Shown here piece after piece: positions 18,144 through 28,000 of a stretch of DNA of 64,000 nucleotides. Position 1 is the first letter of the stretch, and each line of letters starts with the position of its first letter. A program made the translations under genes and the position numbers. The notes under the pieces were generated by a model. It was not told where the DNA came from. It did not search any database and saw nothing but the letters and a program-made list of their open reading frames with translations. The DNA is from an uncultured Clostridium sp. (lineage in GTDB: Bacteria > Bacillota > Clostridia > TANB77 > CAG-508), in the NCBI GenBank assembly GCA_948442365.1, contig CAOJRU010000005.1, forward strand, positions 12,903 through 76,902, written 5' to 3'.

Positions 18144-19367
18144 TTACGTTTCCGTAATCAACATACTTGATTTAATAGAAGTATCAACATGTACTTCAAA
18201 AAAAGCATTTTGATAATTATTACGCCAATTATAATTATCATAATCTTGTGTAGTAAAAAAATTACTTAAAGCATATTTTCCAAATCCATTAATATCAGAT
18301 TTAAACTCTTTTGCAGTTTTATAAAGATAGTCGCAAAATACCGATTCTAAATATTTATTACAAGTTTGTGATATATCGTCTAAAATAGCGGGGTCTAAAT
18401 ATTGTGAATTATTAGACATAGAATAAATTCTACCTGTAAATTTAGCATTTACTTTGATGTAAGGAGAAGAGTTAGAAGTATCTACATCAATAGAAGTAGA
18501 ACCTTGTGGATATAGATAAATATCAATATAACTATTAACATCATCAGGGTCAGGAAGAGAAATCAAGAAGCGATCTACTTCATTTCTAAGGGCCAGTAAG
18601 GTAGTGGTTTCTAAAGCACATAATTCCCCTACTAATTTATCATCTTTAAAAGCTGCAATACCAATGTTTTCTGCACCATTTTCTCCTTCGATTGGAGTTT
18701 GGTTAGATTTTACATTGTAATTTTCTTGAATATGGTTATTTCCTTGATTTTCTGGCTTTTCTGTTGAAATTCCACCTAATATAGCAATGGGATCACAAGT
18801 TTTACAAATAATCGCATTGAAAAAATCTCCAATGGTAGCATTAGGTTTAAAACCAGTATATTTGCTAGAATTAGTAAAGATTTCGTAATATTTTGAGACT
18901 AGATTTTCAAGCTCTGGTGAAGTTTCTTCCATGTAAAGTTTAGCATTACATTTACTAACGACGATATTAGCAGAAGGTCTTATTTGTGTATCATTAATTA
19001 AGGTATAGATTTCTTCCGAAATCCCTTCTTCCGCAAGTTCTTCTGAAAAGATAATGACTTTACAATGTGACAGATTGATTTCTTTTCCCATATAGCTATC
19101 CATTAAATTAATGGCTGTACTAAGAGAAGGAGCTGTTACCGAATCCATAATACTAGGCGTTTTTTCTGTGGATCCAGATTCGGTTGTTTTGGAAGTAGTA
19201 GAAAATTGAAAACTTACTTCCAAATTATTATCTTCTCCTTTATCAATGCCAATGGCAAGGACATAAGCTAAATTATCTATGCTAAGTGATAGATAAGAGC
19301 TAGAAAAGGCAATAACAAAGACTATAATTAAAATAAAAATAAATAAATTTCGTACCAGTTTATTCAA
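18144..19367 (-). CDS. spore germination protein, Ger(x)C family lipoprotein-like subunit
   Basis: N-terminal signal/TM followed by LAYVLAIGIDKG, typical of GerAC/GerKC proteins. It is the last gene of an A-B-C receptor operon. Confidence 0.85.
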   Translation of the reverse strand: MNKLVRNLFIFILIIVFVIAFSSSYLSLSIDNLAYVLAIGIDKGEDNNLEVSFQFSTTSKTTESGSTEKTPSIMDSVTAPSLSTAINLMDSYMGKEINLSHCKVIIFSEELAEEGISEEIYTLINDTQIRPSANIVVSKCNAKLYMEETSPELENLVSKYYEIFTNSSKYTGFKPNATIGDFFNAIICKTCDPIAILGGISTEKPENQGNNHIQENYNVKSNQTPIEGENGAENIGIAAFKDDKLVGELCALETTTLLALRNEVDRFLISLPDPDDVNSYIDIYLYPQGSTSIDVDTSNSSPYIKVNAKFTGRIYSMSNNSQYLDPAILDDISQTCNKYLESVFCDYLYKTAKEFKSDINGFGKYALSNFFTTQDYDNYNWRNNYQNAFFEVHVDTSIKSSMLITET

Positions 19368-19435
19368 AATAAAATCTCCTTTTTAGCTAAGATAAATTAA
19401 TAAGGTTATCTGATAGACAGATAAATTTAATTAGA

Positions 19436-20545
19436 TCAGATTTCTGATTTAGAAGTTACATTTTTTTGTTTCTTTTTTAATAAATTTGCCAAAATCAAAA
19501 TGCTCATTCCTAAAAAAAAGGTAATTCCTAAAACTAAATAGGGATAGATTTGACTTTCAAATTTAGAGGATATGGCATAATTTTTAGGAACTAGCGTGAT
19601 AGCAAAAATAAAAAGTCCAAAAATATCAATTAAAGGTTTTTTGGTTTCAATATTGGTAAGCTTTTTGAAGATACTCATAGCAAATTTGCTAGTAATACTT
19701 AAATAGCAGGCAAAGGCCAAAATCCAAATGAGTAAGAAGATAGATTCCAATCTTTGAAAGAAACTACCAAATTCAATATATCTAGTAGCATTATACAAAG
19801 GTGTAATTTCATTTGTGTTAATAAAAAAGGAAAACATAAATAAAAGAGTAGAAACACATAAAATCAAGTAAACAGCAGATACGCCAATAGATACTAAGGC
19901 AATTTTTTTCATTTTTTCTGGTTCTTTTAAGTAAGGTGGTAAAAAGTACAAATAAGCAATTCCACCAAAGGCAGCTAGATTACCAAGTCCTAATACAAAA
20001 GTGTTAAATAATCCATCACCAAAGATAGGAAAGGCTCTTTGCGGAACAAATTTATTCATATTAGCAAAAAATAGAAATACAATACTAGCTAAAACAAGGG
20101 GGACAATTAGTAAATTAGTTTTTAACGAAGCATTAAAATCAAGTCTATTAGCCGTACAAAGGGCAAGGATGAATAAAGCGATGATAAATACAATATTCGT
20201 CATAGGAAAGTAGATAATTTTTAGGCTTTCACAGAAATTTCTAAGCATAATACTAGAACTAACCAAGAAATATAATATAAAAATAATACCAACAATGTTT
20301 TTAAAAATCTTACCACCTAAATATTCAGAAATATCAATAAGGTCAGAGCCACCAAAATTTTTCATTAGTCGAACAACTAAATAAGAAAAAATAATGGCTA
20401 TGGTACTAACAAAAATTAAATTAATGATGGTTGCGGATTTAGTAGAAACTAAAAGGTCTCTTGGTAAGGCAGAGATGGTGTGTGTTACAATTATGATAAG
20501 AACAATCATAATTGCTTCTGTTGTTCCTATTTTTGATTTTGTCAT
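19436..20545 (-). CDS. spore germination protein, GerAB/GerKB-type permease subunit
   Basis: 369-aa polytopic membrane protein of APC-like architecture, located between the A and C subunits. Confidence 0.85.
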   Translation of the reverse strand: MTKSKIGTTEAIMIVLIIIVTHTISALPRDLLVSTKSATIINLIFVSTIAIIFSYLVVRLMKNFGGSDLIDISEYLGGKIFKNIVGIIFILYFLVSSSIMLRNFCESLKIIYFPMTNIVFIIALFILALCTANRLDFNASLKTNLLIVPLVLASIVFLFFANMNKFVPQRAFPIFGDGLFNTFVLGLGNLAAFGGIAYLYFLPPYLKEPEKMKKIALVSIGVSAVYLILCVSTLLFMFSFFINTNEITPLYNATRYIEFGSFFQRLESIFLLIWILAFACYLSITSKFAMSIFKKLTNIETKKPLIDIFGLFIFAITLVPKNYAISSKFESQIYPYLVLGITFFLGMSILILANLLKKKQKNVTSKSEI

Positions 20546-20647
20546 GGGTTGACTCCTTTCCTTTTTTATTGTATAGGAAAATTCTTTCAGAATTTTCGCG
20601 GGCGAATAAAGACGGGGCCTATAAATAATCTAAAAGATTAAAAAATT

Positions 20648-22361
20648 TCAATCATGCCCCTTTTGTTCTTTGTGGTATTTCCATTTCATAGAAATTTTAT
20701 CTTGATCTTTTTCTCTCTTAGAAGCTATATAAGAAGGACGATATTCTCTTTTCCAAATAGGATTTAATAAATAACCATTTCCTTTTGAATTCGTACTAGG
20801 AGCAAAAGGCGTTGTGTAAGAAACTCCAAAAGAACGAAGACTACAAACTAGGCTAATATAAACAAATAATCCTAAAGCAATTCCTAAAAATCCAGCTATG
20901 AAACCAAGTAAAACAAAGGCAAAGCGGAAAAATCTTAAATGAAATCCAAAGGAGAAATCAGGAATAGCAAAAGAAGCAATACCAGTCATCGCAACAATAA
21001 TAATTAAAATTGGGCTGACAATACCAGCACTAACAGCTGCTTGTCCTAAAACCAAAGCGCCAACAATTCCAATGGTTGGACCAATGGCAGAAGGAACACG
21101 AAGGCCAGCTTCACGAATTAGCTCAAAAGAAATTTCCATCAATAATATTTCTACAATAATAGGGAAAGGTACATTTTCCCTAGAACTTAGAATCGAGTAG
21201 AGTAAGCCAGTGGGCAGTATTTCTTGATGAAAAGAAGATAAGGCAACGTAAAGACCCGGTAAAAGTAAGGTAATAAAAGCTGCTAGAAATCGAAGGCCAC
21301 GTAAGAAATTGGCAAAGTCTACTTTCATATTGGTGTCTTCTGGAGAAGTTAAGAAATCAATTAATATAGCAGGCATAATGATACCATAAGGCGTTCCATT
21401 GACAATGACAACGACTCTACCTTTTAACAAAAATTTACTGGCTTTGTCAGGTCTTTCCGTAGAAATCATTTCGGGAATCCCCAAAGCATTCGATTCTACT
21501 AATAATTGCTCTAGTTCACCAGCAGATAATAAAGAATCAATATCTAAATTGTTTAAACGATATTTTACCTCATTTACTAAATCAGAATTGGTGATGTTTT
21601 TCATGTAACAGACAGCACATTTAGTTTTTGTGATTTTACCAATTTCTAGGTTTTCAATAATTAGATTTTCATTATTTACAATTCTTCGAATTAAAGAAGT
21701 ATTGGTTCTAATGTTTTCGACAAAAGCCTCATGTGGCCCTTTGATGACAATTTCATTATTGGGACTGTCTACACTTCTTTGTTTAAATCCTTTTACTTCA
21801 ATGTCAAGAGCAAGGTTTAAGGTGTCAACAAATAAAGCACAATTTCCGTGAATTAATACCATTGGCTACGGCATCAAAATCAGTTACTTCTTTTACCGCA
21901 TTTTGTGGCATTAGACATCCCATTAAGTAATTGGATAAATCAAATTTTTTTACTTTACGCACGGTAATATTATTGGCAACTGCTTCTGATATGACTTTGT
22001 TTTGCGTTCCATCATATAGATTGCTCTTATTTCGTAACATTAGGGGTTCTAAAATAAATTTATCCATAATTTCAGAATCTACCATTCCGTCAATATAGAC
22101 TAAGAAAGCATTATATTGCTTCCCTCTAGCATTAATGGTGAATTGTCTTAGGATAACATCACTATTGATGAGAAGATTATATTTGGTTCTCATATATTCC
22201 AGATTTACATTTAAACTAGGAAAGATGTTTACTTTTTCCTCTGGTTCTTGAGCTTGGTTGTCATTTGTTTCGGTTGTTTGCGTGTCTTCTGGTAAACTGA
22301 AGTTGTAGTCTACAGGAGGTGTATAAGCAAACATAGAGTAAAATAAATTTTTTAAATCCAT
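20648..22361 (-). CDS. spore germination protein, GerAA/GerKA-type subunit. A +1 frame change occurs at an in-frame CGG (21848-21846).
   Basis: ORFs 21825-22409 and 20648-21862 together give a full GerA-family protein. The N-terminal soluble part contains RQFTINARGKQYNAFLVYIDGMVD and the C-terminal TM part contains GLRVPSAIGPTIGIVGALVLGQAAV. The junction reads TCA c GGA AAT, giving ...GINS-GNCALFVDT. The start is assigned to the ATG at 22361, 6 nt after GGAG. Confidence 0.8.
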
Positions 22362-22514
22362 CGTTTTCTCCATTATTTTATTTTTAATAGTATTTGTAAA
22401 AAAATACAAAATATACTATTTTTTAAGAGAAAATTAAATATTGTAAATAATTGAAAATGGGACACTTTTATGATATGATTTTAGAAATAAAATAGTAAGG
22501 ATAGGAGGAAAGAT

Positions 22515-23012
22515 TTGAAAATATTAATCATATATGCTAGTAAGACAGGAACAACAGAAAAATGTGCTAAAATGATAAGTACAAAATTGAAAGATACCAC
22601 AATTATAAATATTTATACTCAAAATCAAGATATTAACCAATATGACTGGATCCTTGTAGGTACACCAATTAGAATGGGAATGATAGATAGAAAGATAAAG
22701 AGTTTTTTGATGAATAACCTAGAGTGCTTGAAAACAAAAAAGACAGCTTATTTTATTTGTTGTGGATTTAATGAGAACTGGAAAAGATATTATGAACAAA
22801 ATTTTCCAAAGGTTTTATTAGATAGTGCTATTACCTATGATACTTTTGGTGGAGAGATGGATATACAAAAACAAAAAGGGATTGACAAATGGATTACAAA
22901 AATAGTGAGCAAAAATATAAAGGGAACGAAAGAAATAAAAATATTAAATGAGAATATAGATGAGTTTATAAAAAGGATAGCTCAAGTAAGTAAGATAGAA
23001 GACATAGAATAA
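22515..23012 (+). CDS. flavodoxin-domain protein
   Basis: MKILIIYASKTGTTEKCAK is a flavodoxin-like FMN-binding N-terminus. TTG start follows GGAGGA. Confidence 0.75.
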   Translation: MKILIIYASKTGTTEKCAKMISTKLKDTTIINIYTQNQDINQYDWILVGTPIRMGMIDRKIKSFLMNNLECLKTKKTAYFICCGFNENWKRYYEQNFPKVLLDSAITYDTFGGEMDIQKQKGIDKWITKIVSKNIKGTKEIKILNENIDEFIKRIAQVSKIEDIE

Positions 23013-23168
23013 AAAATGTGTATTATTAATTTTTTTACAATTGAATGAATATCTATCAAGTAAAGAATATTAACCATACTACAACTGACTTAACTATATT
23101 GAAAAATATAAAAACAACTAATTATGGACGAAAAATGAAAAAAGAAAATGGAGAAGATGTTGAAATAA

Positions 23169-23333
23169 AGAAGACACGAAAAAGAATGTGTTCTTATATT
23201 GGAAAAGGACTCAACTGTTGCAAAATTTGCAACAGTTCAAAATGAAAGTGGCAGAACAGTTACAAGAAATATTGATTATTATAATTTAGATGTAATAATA
23301 GATTTAGTAATGAACTTTTTAAACAATGATTGA
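23169..23333 (+). pseudogene. remnant of a RhuM-family gene
   Basis: A start-less open frame encodes ...EKDSTVAKFATVQNESGRTVTRNIDYYNLDVII..., matching the conserved RhuM core (AKF..TQ..G......YYNLD.II). The rest of the protein is absent. Confidence 0.6.
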
Positions 23334-23379
23334 GATTTAACCTCAGCGATAAATTACAATTTAGAGGGGGAAAGATGAG

Positions 23380-24084
23380 TTGAAAATATTACAAGCAAAT
23401 GTAGAATATGATAATAATTTAAAACAATATACAAAAAAGGATGGAGTATTAGCATTTGTATTATTCGGAATTATGATGTTAATCTATTCCATCTTGGCAG
23501 TATTGCAAATTAAATGTGAAATTATAAAAGAAAATAGAATGATTGTTGGTTGCATAATTGATGCTTTAATAATAGTTATTACAATGTTATTTATTAAGTC
23601 AAACAAGCAAAATATGGATACAATAGGTCTTTATAAAGGAAAATGGAAAAACAGTATAATTATAGGAATAATACTTGCTTCTTTTCTGTTTTATACTAAT
23701 TGTTTATCGGATTTAATAAGTGGAAGTCATTTAATTGATTTAAAAGAAATTTTAAAATTACTTGTATATTACCTTTCAGGAGCAGTTTGTGAGGAAATTG
23801 CTTTTAGGGGATATATAGGAACGAGGATATACGGATTAATTAAGAAAAGGTGGTTGGCAGTAACTATAGTAGGTTTTTTGTTTGTTTTGATACATTTTCC
23901 ATATAGAATGATAGCTTATGGAATGACATTAAGTGATTTGGCTATTAAAAAATTTAGTTGGATTATAGATTTATTTATTACACATCTTGTTTTAAATTTT
24001 ATATATTTAAAAACAAATTCATTATATGGTGCAATTATCCCACATTGGATGTCTAATCTTGCATACAATATCATTTTGAAATAG
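23380..24084 (+). CDS. CPBP (CAAX) family intramembrane metalloprotease
   Basis: Multi-TM protein with the EEIAFRG motif, a later FxxxH (VLIHFPY), and IIPHWMSN near the C-terminus. Confidence 0.8.
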   Translation: MKILQANVEYDNNLKQYTKKDGVLAFVLFGIMMLIYSILAVLQIKCEIIKENRMIVGCIIDALIIVITMLFIKSNKQNMDTIGLYKGKWKNSIIIGIILASFLFYTNCLSDLISGSHLIDLKEILKLLVYYLSGAVCEEIAFRGYIGTRIYGLIKKRWLAVTIVGFLFVLIHFPYRMIAYGMTLSDLAIKKFSWIIDLFITHLVLNFIYLKTNSLYGAIIPHWMSNLAYNIILK

Positions 24085-24117
24085 TAATACAAATTACAAT
24101 TTTGAGGAGAAATAGAA

Positions 24118-24370
24118 ATGTTAGAAATAAGACAAGAAACCAAAAAAGACTATGAAGAAGTATATAATGTAGTAAAAACAGCATTTGAAACAGCAGAACA
24201 TAGTGATGGAAACGAACAAGATTTAGTAGTAGCATTAAGAAATAGCAATAATTTATGGAATAAAAGCACCATTTGAAGTGCCAAACGAAAACTTTATGGC
24301 AATAAAATTGAATCATGCAGATAAAGAAATAGTTGGTATAGTAGAATATGCAAAAGAATTTGGAATATAA
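24118..24370 (+). pseudogene. GNAT acetyltransferase (YhbS-like) with internal deletion
   Basis: N-terminal MLEIRQETKKDYEEVYNVVKTAFETAEHSDGNEQDLVVALRNS runs into a stop at 24274. In another frame the C-terminal YGIKAPFEVPNENFMAIKLN...EYAKEFGI follows directly. The central acetyl-CoA-binding core is missing and no CGG is involved. Confidence 0.7.
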
Positions 24371-24406
24371 CTACAACTTACAAGTTATAGAAGGAGATAT
24401 AAAAAT

Positions 24407-24655
24407 ATGAATAAAAAAGAATTCAAGAAAAAATGTAAACAAGAAAAAACCACAAGTTATAAATTAATGTTGTTAGGAGGAATCGTATCTACAATAGGCT
24501 TAATAATTGTTCTATTATCATTTTTAATGATAATAGAATTTATACCACAAATGGTTGGGTTTGTAATAGGTGGAATAATTGCATTTATTGGAATGATATT
24601 AGATGTAACAGGAGAGATAATTTTCGCTAAAAATTATAAAAAATACAATAAATAA
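24407..24655 (+). CDS. small two-TM membrane protein, hypothetical
   Basis: 82-aa ORF with an AAGGAG RBS and two hydrophobic segments. Confidence 0.5.
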   Translation: MNKKEFKKKCKQEKTTSYKLMLLGGIVSTIGLIIVLLSFLMIIEFIPQMVGFVIGGIIAFIGMILDVTGEIIFAKNYKKYNK

Positions 24656-24727
24656 GAAATTACAATAAGCGAGAAGATAATCAGTTAAAAATTAACTAGA
24701 TAAATAGAATTTTAGAGGAGTATAAAA

Positions 24728-25078
24728 ATGGAAACAAAAATTATAAAGGATATAGTAGTAGTAAAAAGCAATGAGCTGATAATAAAAGATGTGCAATCAG
24801 CAATAGATTTGATTATGACGATAAAATATGAAACAAACTGTAACAAAATAGCAATCAATAAAGAAGCGGTAATAGAGGACTTTTTTATATTAAGTAAAGG
24901 ATTAGCAGGAGAAGTTTTACAAAAATTTATAAACTATCAAACTAAATTTGCTATCTATGGAGATTATTCAAAATATACAAGTAAGCCATTAAGAGATTTC
25001 ATATATGAAAGCAATAAAGGAAAAGACATATTTTTTGTAGAAAATGAAGAAAATGCAATTAAGATATTAAACAAGTAA
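24728..25078 (+). CDS. DUF4180-like protein
   Basis: 116 aa with AGAGGAG RBS. The pattern ...EDFFILSKGLAGEVLQKFINYQTKFAIYGDYSKY...LRDFIYESN resembles DUF4180 family proteins, recognised from memory only. Confidence 0.6.
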   Translation: METKIIKDIVVVKSNELIIKDVQSAIDLIMTIKYETNCNKIAINKEAVIEDFFILSKGLAGEVLQKFINYQTKFAIYGDYSKYTSKPLRDFIYESNKGKDIFFVENEENAIKILNK

Positions 25079-25124
25079 AAAGTAACTTAAAAATAAGAAA
25101 AGATGAAGAAAGAGGACACCAAAA

Positions 25125-25766
25125 ATGAAAATATCAAAACCACAAAAAATGCAGTTAGAGAATCTTAAAAAAATACACAATTTATTAGATCTGTTAAAAA
25201 ATGAAGAGGAAATCGAAAATATTGTTATTGAAAATAATAAAGAAGAAAAGATAGAATGCAATGATATTACCATAAGGAAAGCGATCCTAAATAAGGTAGA
25301 AATCATAGAAAGTAATTTAGAAAAAAACACTTTTATGGATATTGAATTTAACCATTGTAATTTTTCCAATACATCTTTTGAAAATTGCACTTTCATAAGG
25401 TGCGAATTCAATAATTGTAAGTTAACAGGTTGTAATTTTATAGAAAGTAGATTACACCATGTAAGTTTTATAGAAACCAATATGGATTATAACAACTTAG
25501 CAATGGCCAGTATGGAAAATGTTTTATTTGAAAATACAGGATTAAGAAATAGTTGTTTTCAAGAAAATAAGCTAAAAAATATAATATTAAAACAAGCGGA
25601 TTTAACACTGTCGCAATTCTTTAAAACATCTTTAAAAGAAATCGACTTTTCAGATAGTAGGATAGAAGGCATTACTGTTAATATGGCAGATATAAAAGGT
25701 GCCATTATTAATCCATTGCAAGCCCTTGATTTAATTGGATTAATGGGGATAAAAATAAAAGAATAA
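25125..25766 (+). CDS. pentapeptide-repeat protein
   Basis: Repeated A(D/N)LxX-like pentads run through residues ~70-190 (FNHCNFSNTSFENCTFIRCEFNNCKLTGCNFIESRLHHVSF...). Confidence 0.8.
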   Translation: MKISKPQKMQLENLKKIHNLLDLLKNEEEIENIVIENNKEEKIECNDITIRKAILNKVEIIESNLEKNTFMDIEFNHCNFSNTSFENCTFIRCEFNNCKLTGCNFIESRLHHVSFIETNMDYNNLAMASMENVLFENTGLRNSCFQENKLKNIILKQADLTLSQFFKTSLKEIDFSDSRIEGITVNMADIKGAIINPLQALDLIGLMGIKIKE

Positions 25767-25861
25767 TAGAGCCTAACCAGTTAGGAGTAGATTCTTTTTG
25801 TTAGACTTTTTCGAGTTTGTATGATATAATAAAAAAGGAGATCAAACAAAGGAGAAATGTT

Positions 25862-26986
25862 ATGAAAAGTAGAATAACAACAATTATCATGACAATTGTC
25901 ATACTTTTAATTGTTAGTGTTTTTGCATTATTTGGAGTCATCTTTTGGAATGAATTGAAAAGGCTTGAAACTTCGGCACAACCAGAAAACGTAAAAACAA
26001 TCATTTCTGGAAATGCCAATACCATAAATCAAGACATTCAAACACCACAAATATTAGGGAATCCATTTAATGATTTAAAAGATGGAGATAAACAAGCAAA
26101 TGAAGTAGATTATTCTCATGTAACGATTAATAAATATTTTTATAACCAATTAGATGAATATGCTAAAACTATATACAAAGCTTTTGAAAGCAACAAAGAA
26201 AATATGAAAACAGGAACTTATAAAGTAGAACTAGGAAGTTCTTTTAGTTCTTTGTTAAAGGAAAGTAATGGGCAAGATTTATTAGGGGAATATTATCAGT
26301 CAGCCATTGAAGCCTACACCTATGACAACCCAGATGTGTTTTATTTGAGTCCTAACAAAATGTATCTAAACATTGAGACTACAACAAAAGGAAAAAATGT
26401 TACTTATGAGGTATATATTAATAGTGGAAATGAAGACAATTATTTGATAGATGAGTTTTCTTCTCAAGAAGAAGTTGAAAATGCTATTAATAAGATAGAA
26501 CAAGTTAGAAATCAAATCCTACAAAACAGAAGCTCAGATACTTATGATAACATAAAAATGGTACATGATTATTTGGTGGACAATATCCAATATGATACGA
26601 CCATTTCTAAAAGTAATATCTACAACATTTATGGTGCTATGGTAAATGGTGAGGCAGTATGTGAAGGATATGCAAGGAGCTTTAAATATTTAATGGATTC
26701 ACTTAGAATACCATGTACATTAGTAATTGGAAAAGGGACCAATTCCGATGGAGAAACCGAAAATCATGCTTGGAATTATGTACAAATAGGGGAACGTTGG
26801 TATGCTGTAGATAGTACGTGGGACGATCCGGTATCTCTTACAGGCTGGGTAAGCCAAAGTTCAAAATATCGTTATTTCCTAAAAGGTTCAAATGATATGA
26901 TAAGAGATCATATACCAAGTGGACAGTTTACTCAAGGAGGTAAAATGTTTAGTTATCCACCATTGAGTAGTTCTAATTATGAATAA
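25862..26986 (+). CDS. membrane-anchored transglutaminase-like cysteine protease domain protein
   Basis: Cys-His-Asp core (GEAVCEGYARSFKYL ... ENHAWNYVQI ... YAVDSTWDD). ATG at 25862 lies 7 nt after AAGGAG and downstream of a TGATATAAT -10 element, so the 25817 start in the ORF track is unlikely. Confidence 0.8.
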   Translation: MKSRITTIIMTIVILLIVSVFALFGVIFWNELKRLETSAQPENVKTIISGNANTINQDIQTPQILGNPFNDLKDGDKQANEVDYSHVTINKYFYNQLDEYAKTIYKAFESNKENMKTGTYKVELGSSFSSLLKESNGQDLLGEYYQSAIEAYTYDNPDVFYLSPNKMYLNIETTTKGKNVTYEVYINSGNEDNYLIDEFSSQEEVENAINKIEQVRNQILQNRSSDTYDNIKMVHDYLVDNIQYDTTISKSNIYNIYGAMVNGEAVCEGYARSFKYLMDSLRIPCTLVIGKGTNSDGETENHAWNYVQIGERWYAVDSTWDDPVSLTGWVSQSSKYRYFLKGSNDMIRDHIPSGQFTQGGKMFSYPPLSSSNYE

Positions 26987-27022
26987 TTTTTAAAAATAAG
27001 AATGAAATGAGAGAATAAAAAT

Positions 27023-27883
27023 ATGTTAGATAAAATAAATGTAATTTTAGATACCGATACCTATAATGAATGTGATGATCAATTTGCTCTTTCTTATTTA
27101 TTAAAATCACAAGAAAAATTTAACATAGAAGCTATTACAGTAGCCCCCTATTATAAGAAAAATGGAATATCCATACAAGAAGGAACGGAGAAGAGCTATC
27201 AAGAAATTAACAAGATTTGTAATTGGTTAAATTTTGATACCACTGAAAAAGTATTTAGAGGTTCAACCAACTATATAGGAGAAGGATATCAAGAAAAAAA
27301 TGAGGCTATTAATAAAATAATAGAAATAGCCAATAAAAATGATAAGACTTATGTATTAGCCATAGGGGCAATAACGAATATAGCAAGAGCAATCCAGGAG
27401 GAACCTAAAATAATAGATAAAATAGAAGTGATTTGGCTTGGTGGTAATAGTTTATTAAGCAAGGATAATAAAGAATTTAATTTTAAACAAGATGTACAAG
27501 CAGTAAAGATAGTATTAGCATCCAAAGTAAAACTTATCATTATACCTTGTAAAAATGTAGCTTCTAATTTAAGAACTTCCATTTATGAATTGGAGCATTT
27601 TCTTAAAGGAAAAAGTGAATTATGCGATTATTTATGTCAGAGATTTTATAATGATGGAGTACATGGCATACAGGAAAGAAGAGTTATTTGGGATGTTAGT
27701 GTGATTGCGTATATGATAAATAAAGAGTGGTTTGAGAGTAGCCCTATTAGTTGTCCTAATATTAAAGCGGATACTTCTTATGAGCTGACAGAGAATAGGC
27801 ACAAAATAACAATGGTTAATGATTTGAAAGTAGATGAGATTTTTAAGGATCTGTTTGAAAAGTTGGGGGCAATCAAGTATTAG
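27023..27883 (+). CDS. nucleoside hydrolase (IUNH family)
   Basis: N-terminal DTDTYNECDDQFAL aspartate cluster characteristic of inosine/uridine-preferring nucleoside hydrolases. Confidence 0.8.
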   Translation: MLDKINVILDTDTYNECDDQFALSYLLKSQEKFNIEAITVAPYYKKNGISIQEGTEKSYQEINKICNWLNFDTTEKVFRGSTNYIGEGYQEKNEAINKIIEIANKNDKTYVLAIGAITNIARAIQEEPKIIDKIEVIWLGGNSLLSKDNKEFNFKQDVQAVKIVLASKVKLIIIPCKNVASNLRTSIYELEHFLKGKSELCDYLCQRFYNDGVHGIQERRVIWDVSVIAYMINKEWFESSPISCPNIKADTSYELTENRHKITMVNDLKVDEIFKDLFEKLGAIKY

Positions 27884-27888
27884 AGTAA

Positions 27889-27954
27889 CTTCGAAATACC
27901 TTGCTACCAAAATTAATAAATGGAGAAATAGACCTAGATAAAATAGCAATTTAG
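27889..27954 (+). pseudogene. 22-codon remnant of the 3' end of a type I restriction-modification specificity (HsdS) gene
   Basis: It translates to LRNTLLPKLINGEIDLDKIAI-stop, matching the conserved HsdS C-terminal helix (LR..LLPKL.SGEI...). There is no upstream coding sequence. Confidence 0.55.
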
Positions 27955-27960
27955 ACATAT

Positions 27961-27992
27961 TAAAAAGAGAGTGGACATTCTAACGAATGTCC
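27961..27992 (-). terminator. intrinsic terminator downstream of spoIVA
   Basis: GGACATTC-taac-GAATGTCC forms an 8-bp stem, followed on the minus strand by a T-rich tract. Confidence 0.55.
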
Positions 27993-28000
27993 TTTAACTC

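Noticed and set aside
23045-23245. 66-aa ORF MNIYQVKNINHTT...
   Set aside because: It has no RBS, and its 3' part overlaps, in another frame, the recognisable RhuM remnant. It is most likely non-coding debris of the decayed locus.
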